64,000 nt of DNA. It comes from Trichosphaerium sp. ATCC 40318. Taxonomy: Eukaryota > Protista > Tubulinea. A model generated the notes under the pieces. It worked only from the letters and a program-made list of their open reading frames with translations. It had not been told where the DNA came from and ran no database searches. Position numbers and translations under genes: made by a program. Where the stretch lies: NCBI GenBank assembly GCA_038496445.1, contig JALMLS010000447.1, positions 124,001 through 188,000 on the forward strand, given 5' to 3'. Within the stretch, counting starts at the first letter, position 1. Each line of letters opens with the position of its first letter. Below are positions 38,801 to 53,800 of the stretch, one piece after another.

Positions 38801-41800
38801 GAAATCACGTGCTTGAAGAGGCGCATCAACACAAAAAAAAAGTTTGAAGAGTTTGTTTTTTTCTGTTTTTTTTTTCTTGGTTTTTGTCTGTGTTCGTACC
38901 TTGTTCGCCATCGCCATCTAAATCTGTGAATACGCGATCTCCAATTGATACTGGATCAGGTGGAGGAACATAGAAACCGAAATCAATTGTAAAGTCTTCA
39001 TTGTTAATATCAGGAGAAGTGAATAGAACACACGAAGCGTCATCATCTAGTCCATCATTGTTAAGATCTACAGATGAAGCTACACCTCTGCTACCGCCTA
39101 TTACTTGATCGTTGGCTGGTACAGGTATGCAGCTGACTGGTACGCTAGTACAGATTGTGTACTGGGTCGTTGGGGCAATACCTAATAACATTAAGATATT
39201 TGACTTGTTTTGTGTTTTCTTACCAGTGAGGGAAGTGAATTGGTATAATCCGTTAGCGTCTGTTGTTGTACTAGAAGCAAGCGTAGAAGGCATTGGGTCG
39301 GCTCCAGTGTACAAGTACATAGTAACGCCTGTGATAGCGGTATCGAGAGGATCTAAAGAACATTCCGTGAGAAACGATAAGTTATTTTTTGTTGTGTACC
39401 TTGAATGAAGTTTGATCCATCGTCCTTCCAGACAAAGTCACCGATACGAATAGAAGGTATGAAACCAGCGTCGTTATCATCGCTGACTTGGTTTGGTCCA
39501 GGTGTAGTCACATTGATGCAAGCAAGGAGTTCAGGAGTTCCATCGTTGTCAACATCAACATTAAGAATTTGATCGATATCAGAGTCGAGTGTATCATCAC
39601 CAGCGTTAGGTATTGTAGGTCTTACGTCAACGCCGATAGATAAGTAATCGAAGCAAATAATATACATTGTATTTGGTACGAGACCTAGAAAGAAAAGTCA
39701 AAAACAATGCACCTTCTAAAAGGAGATATATTTACCGTTTGTTTCTGTGAAGGAGTAGTCGCCATTAGGATCTGTAGGCTCTGTTGAAATAATCATTGTG
39801 CCTGTTGAGTCTAGTAAATAGACAGGTACGCCAGGTAGATTATTTTCAGCGATAGGTTCTAAGGGAAAAGAGATAAGTAAATATAACCGTTATGAAATAA
39901 AAAAAATTATGATATTACCAAGAAGGCCATTATCGTTGTCATCAATGAAAGTTTCTCCTCTTAGTTCGACATTAACAGGTGGTACAGTAATAGTAACGAA
40001 ACCAAAGTCATATTCGTTATTAGTATCTCCAGGCATTGGTGTGACCTAGGAGAGAAATCAGACCCAGACGTTGTTGAAGGAGAAAAAAAAAGAAAAAATA
40101 CTTACAATTGTGAAGCAAGAGACTGTTTCAGGTACTGAGTCTCCAGTTATGTCAATGCTCATTGAGCTTCCGTCAGAGTCGACAGAATCATCTGCGCCAA
40201 TGTTTTGGAGCGTTGGTTGCTCTCCTGATCTGATAGTAGCGCAGAGTAGGTAAGGTGTTTCCGCTAGTATGCCATCGGAAGTATCAAATGAATAGATGCC
40301 ATTTATGTCAGTAGAAGTCATTGATACGATATCTCCTAAAGGTGTGAGGATAACAACACTTTCATTAGGTATTGGAGTATCACCAGCATCTAAAAGAAAG
40401 TAAGTCAAAAAGAAAAAAAACACGTGCAAGAACAGAAGCACGACACGTGAAAAAAATAAAATGAAGAAAATCGATTTTCTCAGATTCTTTACCTTGAATG
40501 CCGTTTCTGTTGGTATCAAAGAACAAGAAGTCACCAATTGATACAGGAGGTTGAATGATACCAAAATCAATCGTATCATCATCACCAAAAGCACCAGGTG
40601 TTGGCGTCATGATGTCAGCGCAAACAGCTGGTGAGAGGGTCATATCTGGTGGATCTGAGAAGTCGAATGTAGAGTCTACACCATTAGAATCAATGGTGGC
40701 ATCTCCTCCTTGATTAGGCTGTGATGCTGATTCGCCAGGTAAGAGCTCAACGCATATTCTGTACATTGTTTCAGGGAGTATTCCATCCATTGAAACGAAT
40801 GTGTATTCTCCGTTTGTATCGGTTGTTGTTCGTGAAATAACAGTGCCATCAGGGAACGTGATGACAACGTTACGGTTTGGAACGTTGGCGTCCAAAGGAT
40901 CTATTTTTAGAACAAGTTAGAAAAGATGGAAATGATAGTGCGAAAACTCTTTCAAGTTTTTTTCGTACCTTGGACGTTGTTGCCGTTTGTATCAATAAAT
41001 ACGCGATCACCAACAGATATTGGTGGGTCAGTAACAAAACCAAAGTCGAAACTGAGATCAGAACCGCCAGGTGGAGGTGTAGTCTAAGGAACAAGTTTAG
41101 TTTTTTTTTTCAAAATTGTCTTTTTGTTTGTTTTTCAGACGTACAATTGAAACACATGATGCAGGGTCTGGAGTACCGTCACCATCAAAATCGAATGATG
41201 AAGGAGCGCCATCAGAATCAAGATTATCGTTAACAGCATTTTGTACTGTTGGAATAGTGTTTCTTGGGTACTCTGTGCAAATAATGTAATTTTCATTTGG
41301 TCTGATTCCATCAGTGCTAGTGAACCCATAGCGTCCGCGATTATTAGTCATTGTGGTAGCAATGACAGTGATCATATCAGGAAGTAATATAACAACATTA
41401 TGTCCAAGAACAGGGACATCTGATCGGCCTAAAAAGAGAACAGTGTTAAAAAAGGTTTGTAATTTTTTTGTCAATTAATTCTCACTTTGTTCACCGTCAA
41501 AGCCAAGATCCAAAAATACAAAGTCGCCAATGAATATATCAGGAGTCAATATACCAAAGTCGATACCCAGGTTAGTATTTCCAGGTGTTGGTGTAAGCTA
41601 CAAAGAAAGAAAAAAATTAGCTTTTGAAAAAAGTTTAAGCAAGTTCGACGTACGAATGGAGCTGTGCATGACGCTGGTTCTTGTGCACCATCTCCGTTAA
41701 AGTCGAATGTAGACATGGCACCATCAGAATCAATGGCATCATTACCGCCTACATCGGCTGTAGTAGCACGTTCATCTACAGTCAATTCGACACAAACAAT

Positions 41801-44800
41801 GTGTTCGGTTAAAGGCATAATTCCATCTGTTGTTGAGAAAGTGTATTCACCGTTAGGATCAGTTACATCACGTGCTATTTCCATGTTATCGCTTGTTCTG
41901 ATAACAACAACATTCTTTCCAGGTGCATTCGTATCTTGTGGGTCTAAAAGAGAGTATAAGAAAAGGAACAAGTCCACGCGAGAAAAAAAAAGTTAAGAAA
42001 GTTGAGGTGATTCTTACCTTGGATTCCGTCCGAGTTTGTATCGAAGAATACGCGATCACCGATGATTAAACTCAATGGTACAAAACCAAAGTCGATATCA
42101 ACATTATTAGAGCCAAGAGCAGGTGATATGATATCAACACAAGAAGCATCATCATCATTTCCATCTCCATCAAAATCGAATACAGATGAGATACCATCAG
42201 AGTCGATGGTATCATCACCACCAATATTCGGTGCAGTGGTTGTCTCTTGAGTGCGTACAGATGTACATACGCGGTATGCTGTATTTGGAAGAACACCTTC
42301 AGAAGTATCAAAGAGATAGTTTCCTGTTGGTGTTGTTGTTTCTCTGGCGATTTCTGTGGTTCCTTGAAGAAGAACAACAATTGCGTTTCCGATTGGTAGA
42401 TCACCAGCGCTTTGTGTTGAGCTTCTATCAACGTCAAGGAAGACAAAGTCTCCAATTGATACTGTTAGGACGTTGATAAAACCAAAGTCGTTTGAGAGGT
42501 CAATACCGCCGAGAGCAGGTGAAGTCTAAAACAAAAGTGTCAATAAAAAGTTGAACTAGTGATTTTTTTTGTCTTTGTACCATGTCGACACAAGATGCAT
42601 CTTCGTTAGTGCCATCACCATTAAAGTCAAAGAACATTGCTCTAAATACTCCATCTGAGTTTAAGCCATTATCGGATCCTTGGTTGGCAGCTGTGACTTG
42701 ATCTCCTGGTCGGATCGAAGTACAGATTGTGTAATCAGTTGAAGGAAGAACATTGTTTGTTGATGATGTGAACATGTAAATGCCATTCACATCAGTTGTT
42801 GTAGTGCTAATAACGCTTGAATCGCTTGTTAGCAAGAGAACGACAGCAACATTACCAATATTGGTATCCATTGGGTCTAGAAACAAAGTTAGAAAAGAGA
42901 TAACTTTAAGTTATAAGTGAATTCAATTAAGTTACCTTGGATGCCGTTACTGTCGATGTCAAAGAAGACACGATCACCAATGATGATTTCAGGGCTTTCT
43001 ATACCGAAATCGATAGTATCATCATCATTACCAGGAGGTGGAGAGGTGATCATAACACATGAGGCTGGATCAGGTGTGCCGTCCATGTTGAAGTCAAAAG
43101 TAGAAGGACTTCCGTCTGAGTCTAAGGTAGGATCTCCTGTTCCTCCCAAAGGTGAAGGTTCTTCTGTGGATTGGAGTTCGACACATATCGTGTAAGGTGT
43201 GTTTGGTTGAACTCCATCGGTTGGTGTATCAAAGGTGTACATACCATTAGGGTCAGTGGTTGTACGAGAAAGTTCAGTTCCATCATCTCGAATGATGACA
43301 ACTGTTCTCATTGGAACACCCATTTCTGGAGGATCTTGGATACCGTCTTCATCATTATCCATGAATACACGGTCTCCAATAGAAACAGGTTGTGGAATGA
43401 AACCGAAATCGTAATTAAGGTTTGTCATACCAGTATCAGGTGAGGTCTTTTGAAAAAAAACAGTTAGAAGAAAAAATAAACAAAAAAAAAGTTTCGGTAA
43501 AGAAAGCGTACAAAGTCAACGCAAGATACACGTTCAGCGACCATATCGATTGGATCAGTTAGGTCGATCATACTCAATGTACCATCAGAGTCAATAGTAC
43601 CATCTGAACCGGTCATTGGTGTAGTTACATCAAAACCGTCAGGGATTTGAGCGCAGATTGTGTAATCAGTGTTTGGATCAACACCATCGTTTGTATCAAA
43701 TGAATAGATTCCCATAACATTAGTTGTAGTCCTTGAAATGATTGTTCCTGCTGAGTTCAGGATAACGACAACATTGTTGTCTACATTAGTATCCATTGGA
43801 TCTTGAATACCGTTTCCATTAACATCAACAAAGACGCGATCACCAACAATCAAAAGAGGTGTTGTGATACCGAAATCAATCGTATCATCCATGTCACCAA
43901 GAACTGGACTTGTCTGTAATCAGTAGTTAGTATCTCTTCGATCTTGAAGTATGATAAGAAAGATTTGACTTACGATTGTTGCACATGAAGTTGTGACAGG
44001 TGCAGGTGTGTTGTCGATACCATCAGAGTCGATGGTGTCATCTCCTCCTTGGTTTGCCATTGTTGATAGCTCACCGGTTTGAAGAAGAACACAGATGGTG
44101 TATTGGGTACTTGGGAGAATACCATCTGCTGTTGTAAAGTTGTAAAGACCTGAACCGTCTGTAATATCAGTAGCGACTTGGACACCGTCACTAACTCGTG
44201 ATATAGTTACAGTACGACCCATAACTGGAAGGTCACCTCCATCTAAAGAAGGGTTAGAGAGGAGCGTATACTATATTGTCTTTTTGTTTTTTGTTCACGT
44301 GTTTTTGCCCAGCACGTGAATTTTGCAAAAAAAAGTGCTTCTTAACGTACCTTGAAGGCCGTTGTCGTTTATGTCAAAGAATACTCTGTCACCAACTTCA
44401 ATTGTTTCAGGAGCAACAGGAGCCTCAGTTGGAGGAGTAGTGGTTGGTGGTGCTGTTGGTATTATTTGGTCAATGAATCCAAAGTCGAAGGTGTTGTCGT
44501 TCACACCAGCAGAAGGAGAAGTCTGTAAAAAAATAGGTGAGTTGAGGAAAATAAAGTAAGTGCACTTACAATCATAACACAAGAAGCACGGTCAGGAGTG
44601 CCATCTCCATCAAGATCAATCATTGTTTCAGAACCATCAGAGTCAATGGTATCGTCTCCACCAAAGTTGGCAGTGATTGGATCTTGGGTTGCTGGTACTT
44701 GAACACAGATTTGGTAGTCTGTGTCTGGTAGTAGACCATCTGCAGTAGAGAACATGTAGTTGCCCATTGTATTGGTCATTGTGTTGGCAACTTCAACGCC

Positions 44801-47800
44801 CATTGAGTCGAAGAGTACAACAAGCACGTTTTCAATTGCAGTGTCTCCAGCATCTATTTTTGTAAACGTTAGACAAAATTATTTTGTAATTGAGTTTTTC
44901 TTACCTTGAGTGTTACTTCCGTCAACATCAACAAAAACGAAGTCACCAATCATTTGCATTGTTGTTCGGATACCAAAGTCGATATCGAGGTCATCATTGC
45001 CAAGAGTTGGGCTTGTCTGCAAATAAAGTTACAGATTTGTTCGAAAAAAAAGCAAAATGTTTGTTTCTTTTAAGGACGTACGATTGTAACACATGAAGCG
45101 CGATCTGGAGTACCATCTCCGTCAACGTCAACCATTTGGAGAGATCCATCAGAGTCAAGGGTATCATCTCCACCAACATCAGCAGTTACAGTCACTTCAG
45201 TGTTCAATAGAAGCACACAGATCATGTACTGAGTTGAAGGAAGAACGCCGTCTGAAGTATCGAATGAGTAAGCGCCAGTGTTATCTGTAGTTTCTCTGTC
45301 TGTTACAGTTCCATCACTGGTTCTTGTTATGGAAATAGGTCTGTTCATAACATCGAAATCGCCACCAGCTGAAAAAAAAATGTTAGAAAGAGCCTTGCTT
45401 CTTGCTGTATTTTTTCTTCAAATCACTTACATTGAACATTGTCGTTATCACCATCAAAGAATACACGATCACCAAGGGTTATTGTAGGGATATCAACAAA
45501 ACCAAAATCGTAGTTAGGGTTCATCATGTTGACTGAAGGTGAAGTCTAAAAACAGTGATTTAGTAATTATGTCGTTGAAGTAATAGAAAAATAACGTACA
45601 AAGTCAACACAAGATACACGATCAGGTGTGCCGTCTCCATCAATGTCAACAGTACGTTCGTCACCATCAGAGTCAATGGCGCCGTCCATACCAGCGCTGG
45701 TAGTAGTAGGGTTGTTACCTGCTGGGACAAGAGCACAGATAGTGTACAGTGTGTCAGGTAATAGGCCATCTGTTTCATCAAAACCATAGATACCACTCAT
45801 ATCTGTTGTATCTGTTGCAACAACAGTTCCACCTTGGATAAGTGCAACAAGTACACCATTGATTCCGGTTTCACCAGTTAAAAGACCATTTCCGTCAGAG
45901 TCGAGGAAGACAAGGTCACCAACAGATACAGTACCAGCGACAACGCCAAAGTCAATTGTATCGTCAGTATTGCCAGGGGTTGGAGAGGTGACATCAACAC
46001 ATGAGGCGCGCTCTGGAGTACCATCGCCATCAAAGTCGAATGTAGTTATTGTACCGTCTGAGTCGGTGGCTGTAGTACCCATTCCTGTTTGAGCAGGAAC
46101 ATCAAGAGCATCAAGTTCAATGCAGATGGTGTAGTCTGTGTTTGGTAGTACACCATCAGAAGTGTCGAAAGTGTATTCGCCGTTCATATCAGTGACATCG
46201 GTAGCGACAGGAGTGACATCATTGCGAGGGGTAATCACAACTGTTCTTCCTGGTACGTTTGTATCGCCACCATCTTGTACACCGTCGTTGTTGTTGTCCA
46301 TGAATACACGGTTTCCAATTGTGACAGGTTGATCAACGAAACCAAAGTCGATTGTAATGTCATTAACACCAAGTGCAGGTGAGGTCTTGTAAAATGTTAC
46401 TTAAGTAAAAATAAACCTTTAAATTAACGCACGATCATAATACAAGAAGCGCGATCAGGAGTGCCATCACCATCAAGATCAATCATTAGTTCAGAACCAT
46501 CAGAGTCGATAGTGTCATCTCCACCAAAGTTGGCAGTGATTGGATCTTGGGTTGCTGGGACTTGGGCGCAGACTCGGTACATTGTGTCTGGTAATAGACC
46601 ATCACCAGTAGAGAACATGTAGTTGCCCGTTGGATTGGTCATTGTACTGGCAACTTCAGCATCCATTGAATCGAAAAGTACAACAAGTACGTTTTCAATT
46701 GGACTGTCACCAGCGTCTAAAAAATGGAGTTAGCGCTTGTGAAGTATTTCTTAAATGACAGTACCTTGAACATTGTCTCCATTTTCATCAACGAAAACAA
46801 AGTCACCGATGAATTGCATTGGTGTATTGATACCAAAGTCGATATCAGTTCTGATATTACCAAGCGTAGGAGTTGTCTAACATTTTGTAAGCAAAAAATA
46901 CAAACATACAATTTTTTTGGAGACTTACGATTGTAACACATGAAGCGCGATCAGGAGTGCCATCGCCATCGACATCAACCATTTGAAGAGATCCATCAGA
47001 GTCAAGGGTATCATCTCCACCAACATCGGCAGTGACAGGTGTTTCAGTGCTCAAAACGAGAACACAGATCGTGTATTGAGTTGAAGGCATAACACCATCA
47101 GAAGTATCAAAAGAGTACATGCCCATGTTGTCTGTAGTTTCTCTATCGATAACCATGCCGTTACCTGTGTCTGTGATTGATACATCTCTGTTTACAACAG
47201 GAATATCTCCACCACCTGAAAAAAAAACATTAGCAAAGAAATAACGTGATTTTTTTTTGTCGTGAATTTGCAACACGTGTTATTCAACAGCTTTCAAAAA
47301 AAACTTTATTCAACAGAAATTGTATCGTACCTTGAACGTTATCTCCGTCATCAAAGAAAACGAAGTCACCAACACTTGTAGTCTGAGATACAAAACCAAA
47401 ATCGTAGTTGATGTTCATCATGTTGATTGAAGGTGAGACCTAAAGCAGAAAATGAGTAAAAAAAGCAAAGTGGAAAAAAAACCCGTACAATATCAACACA
47501 AGATACAAGGTCGTCCATGCCATCTCCATCAATATCAATAGAACGCATATCACCATCAGAGTCCATGGTAGTATCCATACCAGCCATTGCTGTGGAAAGG
47601 ACTGTGTTGGCTGGAATACGAGCACAGATAATGTAGCTTGTGTCTGGTAACAGGCCATCTGTTTCATCAAAACCATAGATACCGCTCATGTCAGTTGTGT
47701 CTGTTGCTATAACTGTTGTTCCAGATAGCAATACAACTTCAACATTTTCGATACCGCTTTCGCCTCCTGCACGTGACAAGTTAGTATTGCGAATTGGATG

Positions 47801-50800
47801 TTTAAACTCGTACCTTGGAGACCATTGTTGTCAGAATCGAGGAATACGAAATCGCCAACAGATACTGTACCAGCAACGACACCAAAGTCAATTGTATCGT
47901 CATTGCCGCCAGCAGTTGGAGAGGTGATATCAACACATGAGGCGCGCTCTGGAGTGCCATCGCCATCAAAGTCGAAGGTAGTTATTGTACCATCTGAGTC
48001 AGTGGCTGTGTTGCCCATTCCTGTTTGAGCAGGAAGGTCAAGAGCATCAAGTTCAACACAGATGGTGTAATCTGTGTTTGGTAGTACACCATCAGAAGTG
48101 TCGAAAGTGTATTCACCGTCCATGTCAGTGACATCAGTGGCGACAGGAGTGACATCATTGCGAGGGGTAATCACAACTGTTCTTCCTGGTACGTCTGTAT
48201 CGCCACCATCTTGTACACCATCGTTGTTGTTGTCCATGAATACACGGTTTCCAATGGTGACAGGTTGATCGATAAATCCAAAGTCGAAGGTAACATCATT
48301 GACGCCAAGTGCAGGTGTTGTCTAGTAAATGTAAGCATTGTCACAATATAAAAGGAACTTACGATCATAGCACAAGAAGCACGATCTTGAGCGCCATCTG
48401 AGTTTAGATCAATCATCATTTCAGAACCATCAGAGTCGATGGTGTCGTCTCCACCAAAGTTGGCAGTGATTGGATCTTGGGTTGCTGGGACTTGAACACA
48501 GATTTGGTACATTGTATCTGGTTCTATGCCATCTGCAGTTGAGAACATGTAGTTACCCATTGGATTGGTCATTGTACTATCAACTATAGCACCCAATGTA
48601 TCGAAAATTACAACAAGGACGTTGTCAATTGGAGTGTCTCCAGCATCTAATGTTCGAACGTGTTAGTAAAGAACTATTCATATTTTGTTTAGAGTTTTCT
48701 TACCTTGAGTGTTACTTCCGTCAACATCAACAAAAACGAAGTCACCAATCATTTGCATTGGTGTGTCGATACCAAAGTCGATATCGAGGTCATTGTTGCC
48801 AAGAGTTGGGCTTGTCTGTAAACAAAGTTAGAGATTTGTTCAAAAAAAAAGCAAAATGTTGTTTCCTTTAAGGACGTACGATTGTAACACATGAAGCGCG
48901 ATCTGGAGTACCATCTCCGTCAAAGTCAAAGGTAGTAAGAGATCCATCAGAGTCAAGGGTATCATCTCCACCAACATCAGCAGTGACAGGTGTTTCAGTG
49001 TTCAAAATAGCAACACAGATCATGTACTCTGTTGAAGGTAGAACACCATCAGCAGTATCGAAAGAGTACATGCCCATGTTGTCTGTATTTTCTCTAGCGA
49101 TAATCATGTTATCACTTGTGCGAGCAATAATAACTTCTCTGTTGATTACAGCAGGATCACCGGCATCTAAAAAGAAAAAAGGTAAGAACTCCATACAAGC
49201 GATGCATGTCAAGAAGAGCCCAAATGATCACGTACCTTGAACATTGTTGTTATCACCATCAAAGAAAACACGATCACCAAGGGTTATTGTTGTAGGTACT
49301 GCAACAAATCCAAAGTCGTAGTTAGGGTTCATCATGTTGACTGAAGGTGAAGTCTAAAAACAGTGATTTAGTAATTATGTCGTTGAAGTATTAGAAAAAA
49401 AACGTACAAAGTCAACACAAGATACACGATCAGGTGTGCCGTCTCCATCAATATCAACAGTACGTTCGTCACCATCAGAGTCAATGGCGCCGTCCATACC
49501 AGCTCCAGTGGCTGTTGGGTCTGTATTTGCTGGAACTTGAGCGCAGATAGTGTACATTGTGTCAGGTAATAGGCCATCTGTTTCATCAAAGCCATAGATA
49601 CCACTCATATCTGTTGTATCTGTTGCAACAACAGCTCCACCTTGGATAAGTGCAACAAGTACACCGTTGATTCCGGTTTCGCCCGTTGAGAGACCATCGT
49701 TATCAGAGTCGGTAAACACAAGGTCTCCAACAGATACGGTTCCAGCGACAACGCCAAAGTCGATTGTATCGTCAGTATTGCCAGGGGTTGGAGAGGTGAT
49801 ATCAACACATGAGGCGCGCTCAGGAGTACCATCGCCATCAAAGTCAAATGTAGTTATTGTACCGTCTGAGTCAGTGGCAGCTGTACCCATTCCTGTTTGA
49901 GCAGGGACATCAAGAGCGTCAAGTTCAATACAGATGGTGTAATCTGTGTTTGGTACAATACCATCAGTTTCATCGAAAGTGTATTCGCCGTTCATGTCGG
50001 TAACATCAGTGGCGACAGGAGTGACGTCATTGCGAAGAGTGATCACAACTGTTCTTCCTGGTACATCTGCGTCACCACCATCTTGTATGCCATCGTTATT
50101 GTTGTCCATGAATACACGGTTTCCAATAACAACTGGTTGATCAACGAAACCAAAATCAATTGTAATGTCGTTGACACCAAGTGCAGGTGATGTCTGTAAT
50201 TAAAAGTTAGCGTTGTACTCATAATAAAAAGTATACTTACAATATCGATACATGAAGCGCGATCAGGAGTGCCATCACCATCAAGATCAATCATTGTTTC
50301 AGAACCATCAGAGTCGATAGTGTCATCGCCACCAAAGTTGGCAGTGATTGGATCTTGGGTTGCTGGGATTTGGGCGCATACTTGGTAGTCTGTGTCTGGA
50401 AGTACGCCATCACCAGTTGAGAACATGTAGTTGCCCATTGGGTTGGTCATTGTGTTGGCAACTTCAATGCCCATTGAGTCGAAGAGTACGACAAGTACGT
50501 TTTCGATTGGACTGTCACCAGCGTCTATTGGAATATAACACATTAACAAACATATTTTAAGTGAGTTTATAGATTACCTTGCACGTTGTCTCCATTTTCA
50601 TCAACGAAGACAAAGTCACCGAGGAATTGCATTGGCGTGTTAATACCAAAGTCATTGTCGAGGTCTGAGTTACCAATAGTTGGACTCATCTGTAGAGAAG
50701 TGGTTAGTTAAAAAACTATTTAAAATCTACTTTTGATCCGTACAATAGTAACACATGAAGCGCGATCAGGAGTGCCATCGCCATCGACATCAACCATTTG

Positions 50801-53800
50801 AAGAGATCCATCAGAGTCAATGGTATCATCTCCTCCGATATCGGCAGTAACAGGTGTTTCAGTGCTCAAAACGAGAACACAGATCGTGTACTGAGTTGAA
50901 GGCATAACACCATCAGCTGTATCGAAAGAGTACATGCCCATGTTGTCTGTAGTTTCTCTATCAATAACCATGCCGTTGCCTGTGTCTGTGATTGACACAT
51001 CTCTGTTTACAACAGGTAGATCTCCAACACCTTGGAACAAAAAATTAGATCATCACAAACACAAAATAGAAGTGAAGTACTTTGAGTGTTATCATTGTCC
51101 AAGTCAAAGAAAACAAAGTCTCCAATGTTGACAGTAAGTGATACAAATCCAAAGTCGTAGTTGAGGTTCATCATGTTGACTGAAGGTGAAGTCTAAAAAA
51201 ATACAATTAGAATTTGTGAAATACAAGAAAAAGTAATGACAAAATAACGTACAAAGTCAACACAAGATACACGATCGCCCATGCCATCTCCATCAATATC
51301 AACAGCACGTTCGTCACCATCAGAGTCAATAGTTCCGTCCATACCAGCTCCAGTGGCTGTTGGGTCGTTACCTACTGGGACAAGAGCACAGATAGTGTAC
51401 ATCGTGTCAGGTAATAGGCCATCTGTTTCGTCAAAGCCATAGATACCACTCATATCTGTTGTATCTGTTGCAACAACAGCTCCACCTTGGATAAGTGCAA
51501 CAAGTACACCGTTGATTCCGGTTTCGCCCGTTGAGAGACCATCGTTGTCAGAGTCGGTAAACACAAAGTCTCCAACTGAAACGGTACCAGCGACAATACC
51601 AAAGTCAATTGTATCATCTGTATTACCAGCGGTTGGAGAGGTGATGTCAACACATGAGGCGCGCTCTGGAGTACCATCGCCATCAAAGTCAAATGTAGTT
51701 ATTGTACCGTCTGAGTCAGTGGCAGCAGTACCCATTCCTGTTTGTGCAGGAACATCAAGAGCGTCAAGTTCAATACAAATGGTGTAATCCGTGTTTGGTA
51801 CAAGACCATCTGTTTCATCGAAAGTGTATTCGCCGTTCATATCAGTGACATCAGTGGCGATAGGAGTGACGTCATTGCGAGGGGTAATCACAACTGTTCT
51901 TCCTGGTACATCTGCGTCGCCACCGTCTTGTACACCGTCATTGTTGTTGTCCATGAATACACGGTTTCCAATTGTGACAGGTTGATCAACGAAACCAAAA
52001 TCAATTGTAATGTCGTTGACACCAAGTGCAGGTGATGTCTGTAATTAAAAGTTAGCGTTGTACTCACAATAAAAAGTATACTTACAATATCGATACAAGA
52101 AGCACGGTCAGGGGTGCCATCACCATCAAGATCAATCATTGTTTCAGAACCATCAGAGTCAATGGTGTCATCTCCACCAAAGTTGGCAGTGATTGGATCT
52201 TGGGTTGCTGGGACTTGGGCGCATACTTGGTAGTCTGTGTCTGGAAGTACACCATCACCAGTTGAGAACATGTAGTTGCCCATTGGGTTGGTCATTGTGT
52301 TGGCAACTTCAATGCCCATTGAGTCGAAGAGTACGACAAGTACGTTTTCGATTGGACTGTCACCAGCGTCTATTGGAATATAACACATTAACAAACATAT
52401 TTTAAGTGAGTTTATAGATTACCTTGCACGTTGTCTCCATTTTCATCAACGAAGACAAAGTCACCGATGAATTGCATTGGCGTGTTAATACCAAAGTCAT
52501 TATCAAGGTCTGCGTTACCAATAGTTGGACTCATCTGTAGAGAAGTGGTTAGTTAAAAAACTATTTAAAATCTACTTTTGATCCGTACAATAGTAACACA
52601 AGAAGCGCGATCAGGAGTGCCATCACCGTCAACATCAACCATTTGAAGAGATCCATCAGAGTCAAGGGTATCATCTCCTCCGACATCGGCAGTGACAGGT
52701 GTTTCAGTACTTAAGATGAGTACACAGATCGTGTATTGAGTTGAAGGCATAACACCATCAGCAGTATCAAAAGAGTACATGCCCATGTTGTCTGTAGTTT
52801 CTCTATCGATAACCATGCCGTTACCTGTGTCTGTGATTGACACATCTCTGTTTACAACAGGTAGATCTCCACCACCTTGGAACAAAAAGTTAGATCATCA
52901 CAAACACAAAATAGAAGTGAAGTACTTTGAGTGTTATCACTGTCCAAGTCAAAGAAAACAAAGTCTCCAATATTGATAGTAAGTGATACAAATCCAAAGT
53001 CGTAGTTGAGGTTCATCATGTTGACTGAAGGTGAAGTCTAAAAAAATACAATTAGAATTTGTGAAATACAAGAAAAAGTATTGACAAAATAACGTACAAA
53101 GTCAACACAAGATACACGATCAGGTGTGCCGTCTCCATCAATGTCGACCATACGTTCGTCACCATCAGAGTCAATGGTGCCGTCCATACCAGCTCCAGTG
53201 GTAGTTGGGTCGTTACCTGCTGGAACTTGAGCACAGATGGTGTACATCGTGTCAGGTAATAGGCCATCTGTTTCATCAAAACCATAGATACCACTCATAT
53301 CTGTTGTATCTGTTGCAACAACAGCTCCACCTTGGATAAGTGCAACAAGTACACCGTTGATACCGGTTTCGCCGGTTGAGAGACCATCGTTGTCAGAGTC
53401 GGTAAACACAAAGTCTCCAACTGAAACAGTACCAGCGACAATACCAAAGTCAATTGTATCATCAGTATTACCAGCGGTTGGAGAGGTGACATCAACACAA
53501 GAGGCGCGATCAGGAGTACCATCGCCATCAAAGTCAAAGGTAGTTATTGTACCGTCTGAGTCAGTGGCAGCTGTACCCATTCCTGTTTGAGCAGGGACAT
53601 CAAGAACGTCAAGTTCAATACAGATGGTGTAATCTGTGTTTGGTACAAGACCATCTGTTTCGTCGAAAGTGTATTCGCCGTTCATGTCAGTAACATCGGT
53701 AGCGACAGGAGTGACATCATTGCGAGGGGTAATCACAACTGTTCTTCCTGGTACGTCTGCGTCACCACCGTCTTGTATACCATCGTTGTTGTTGTCCATG

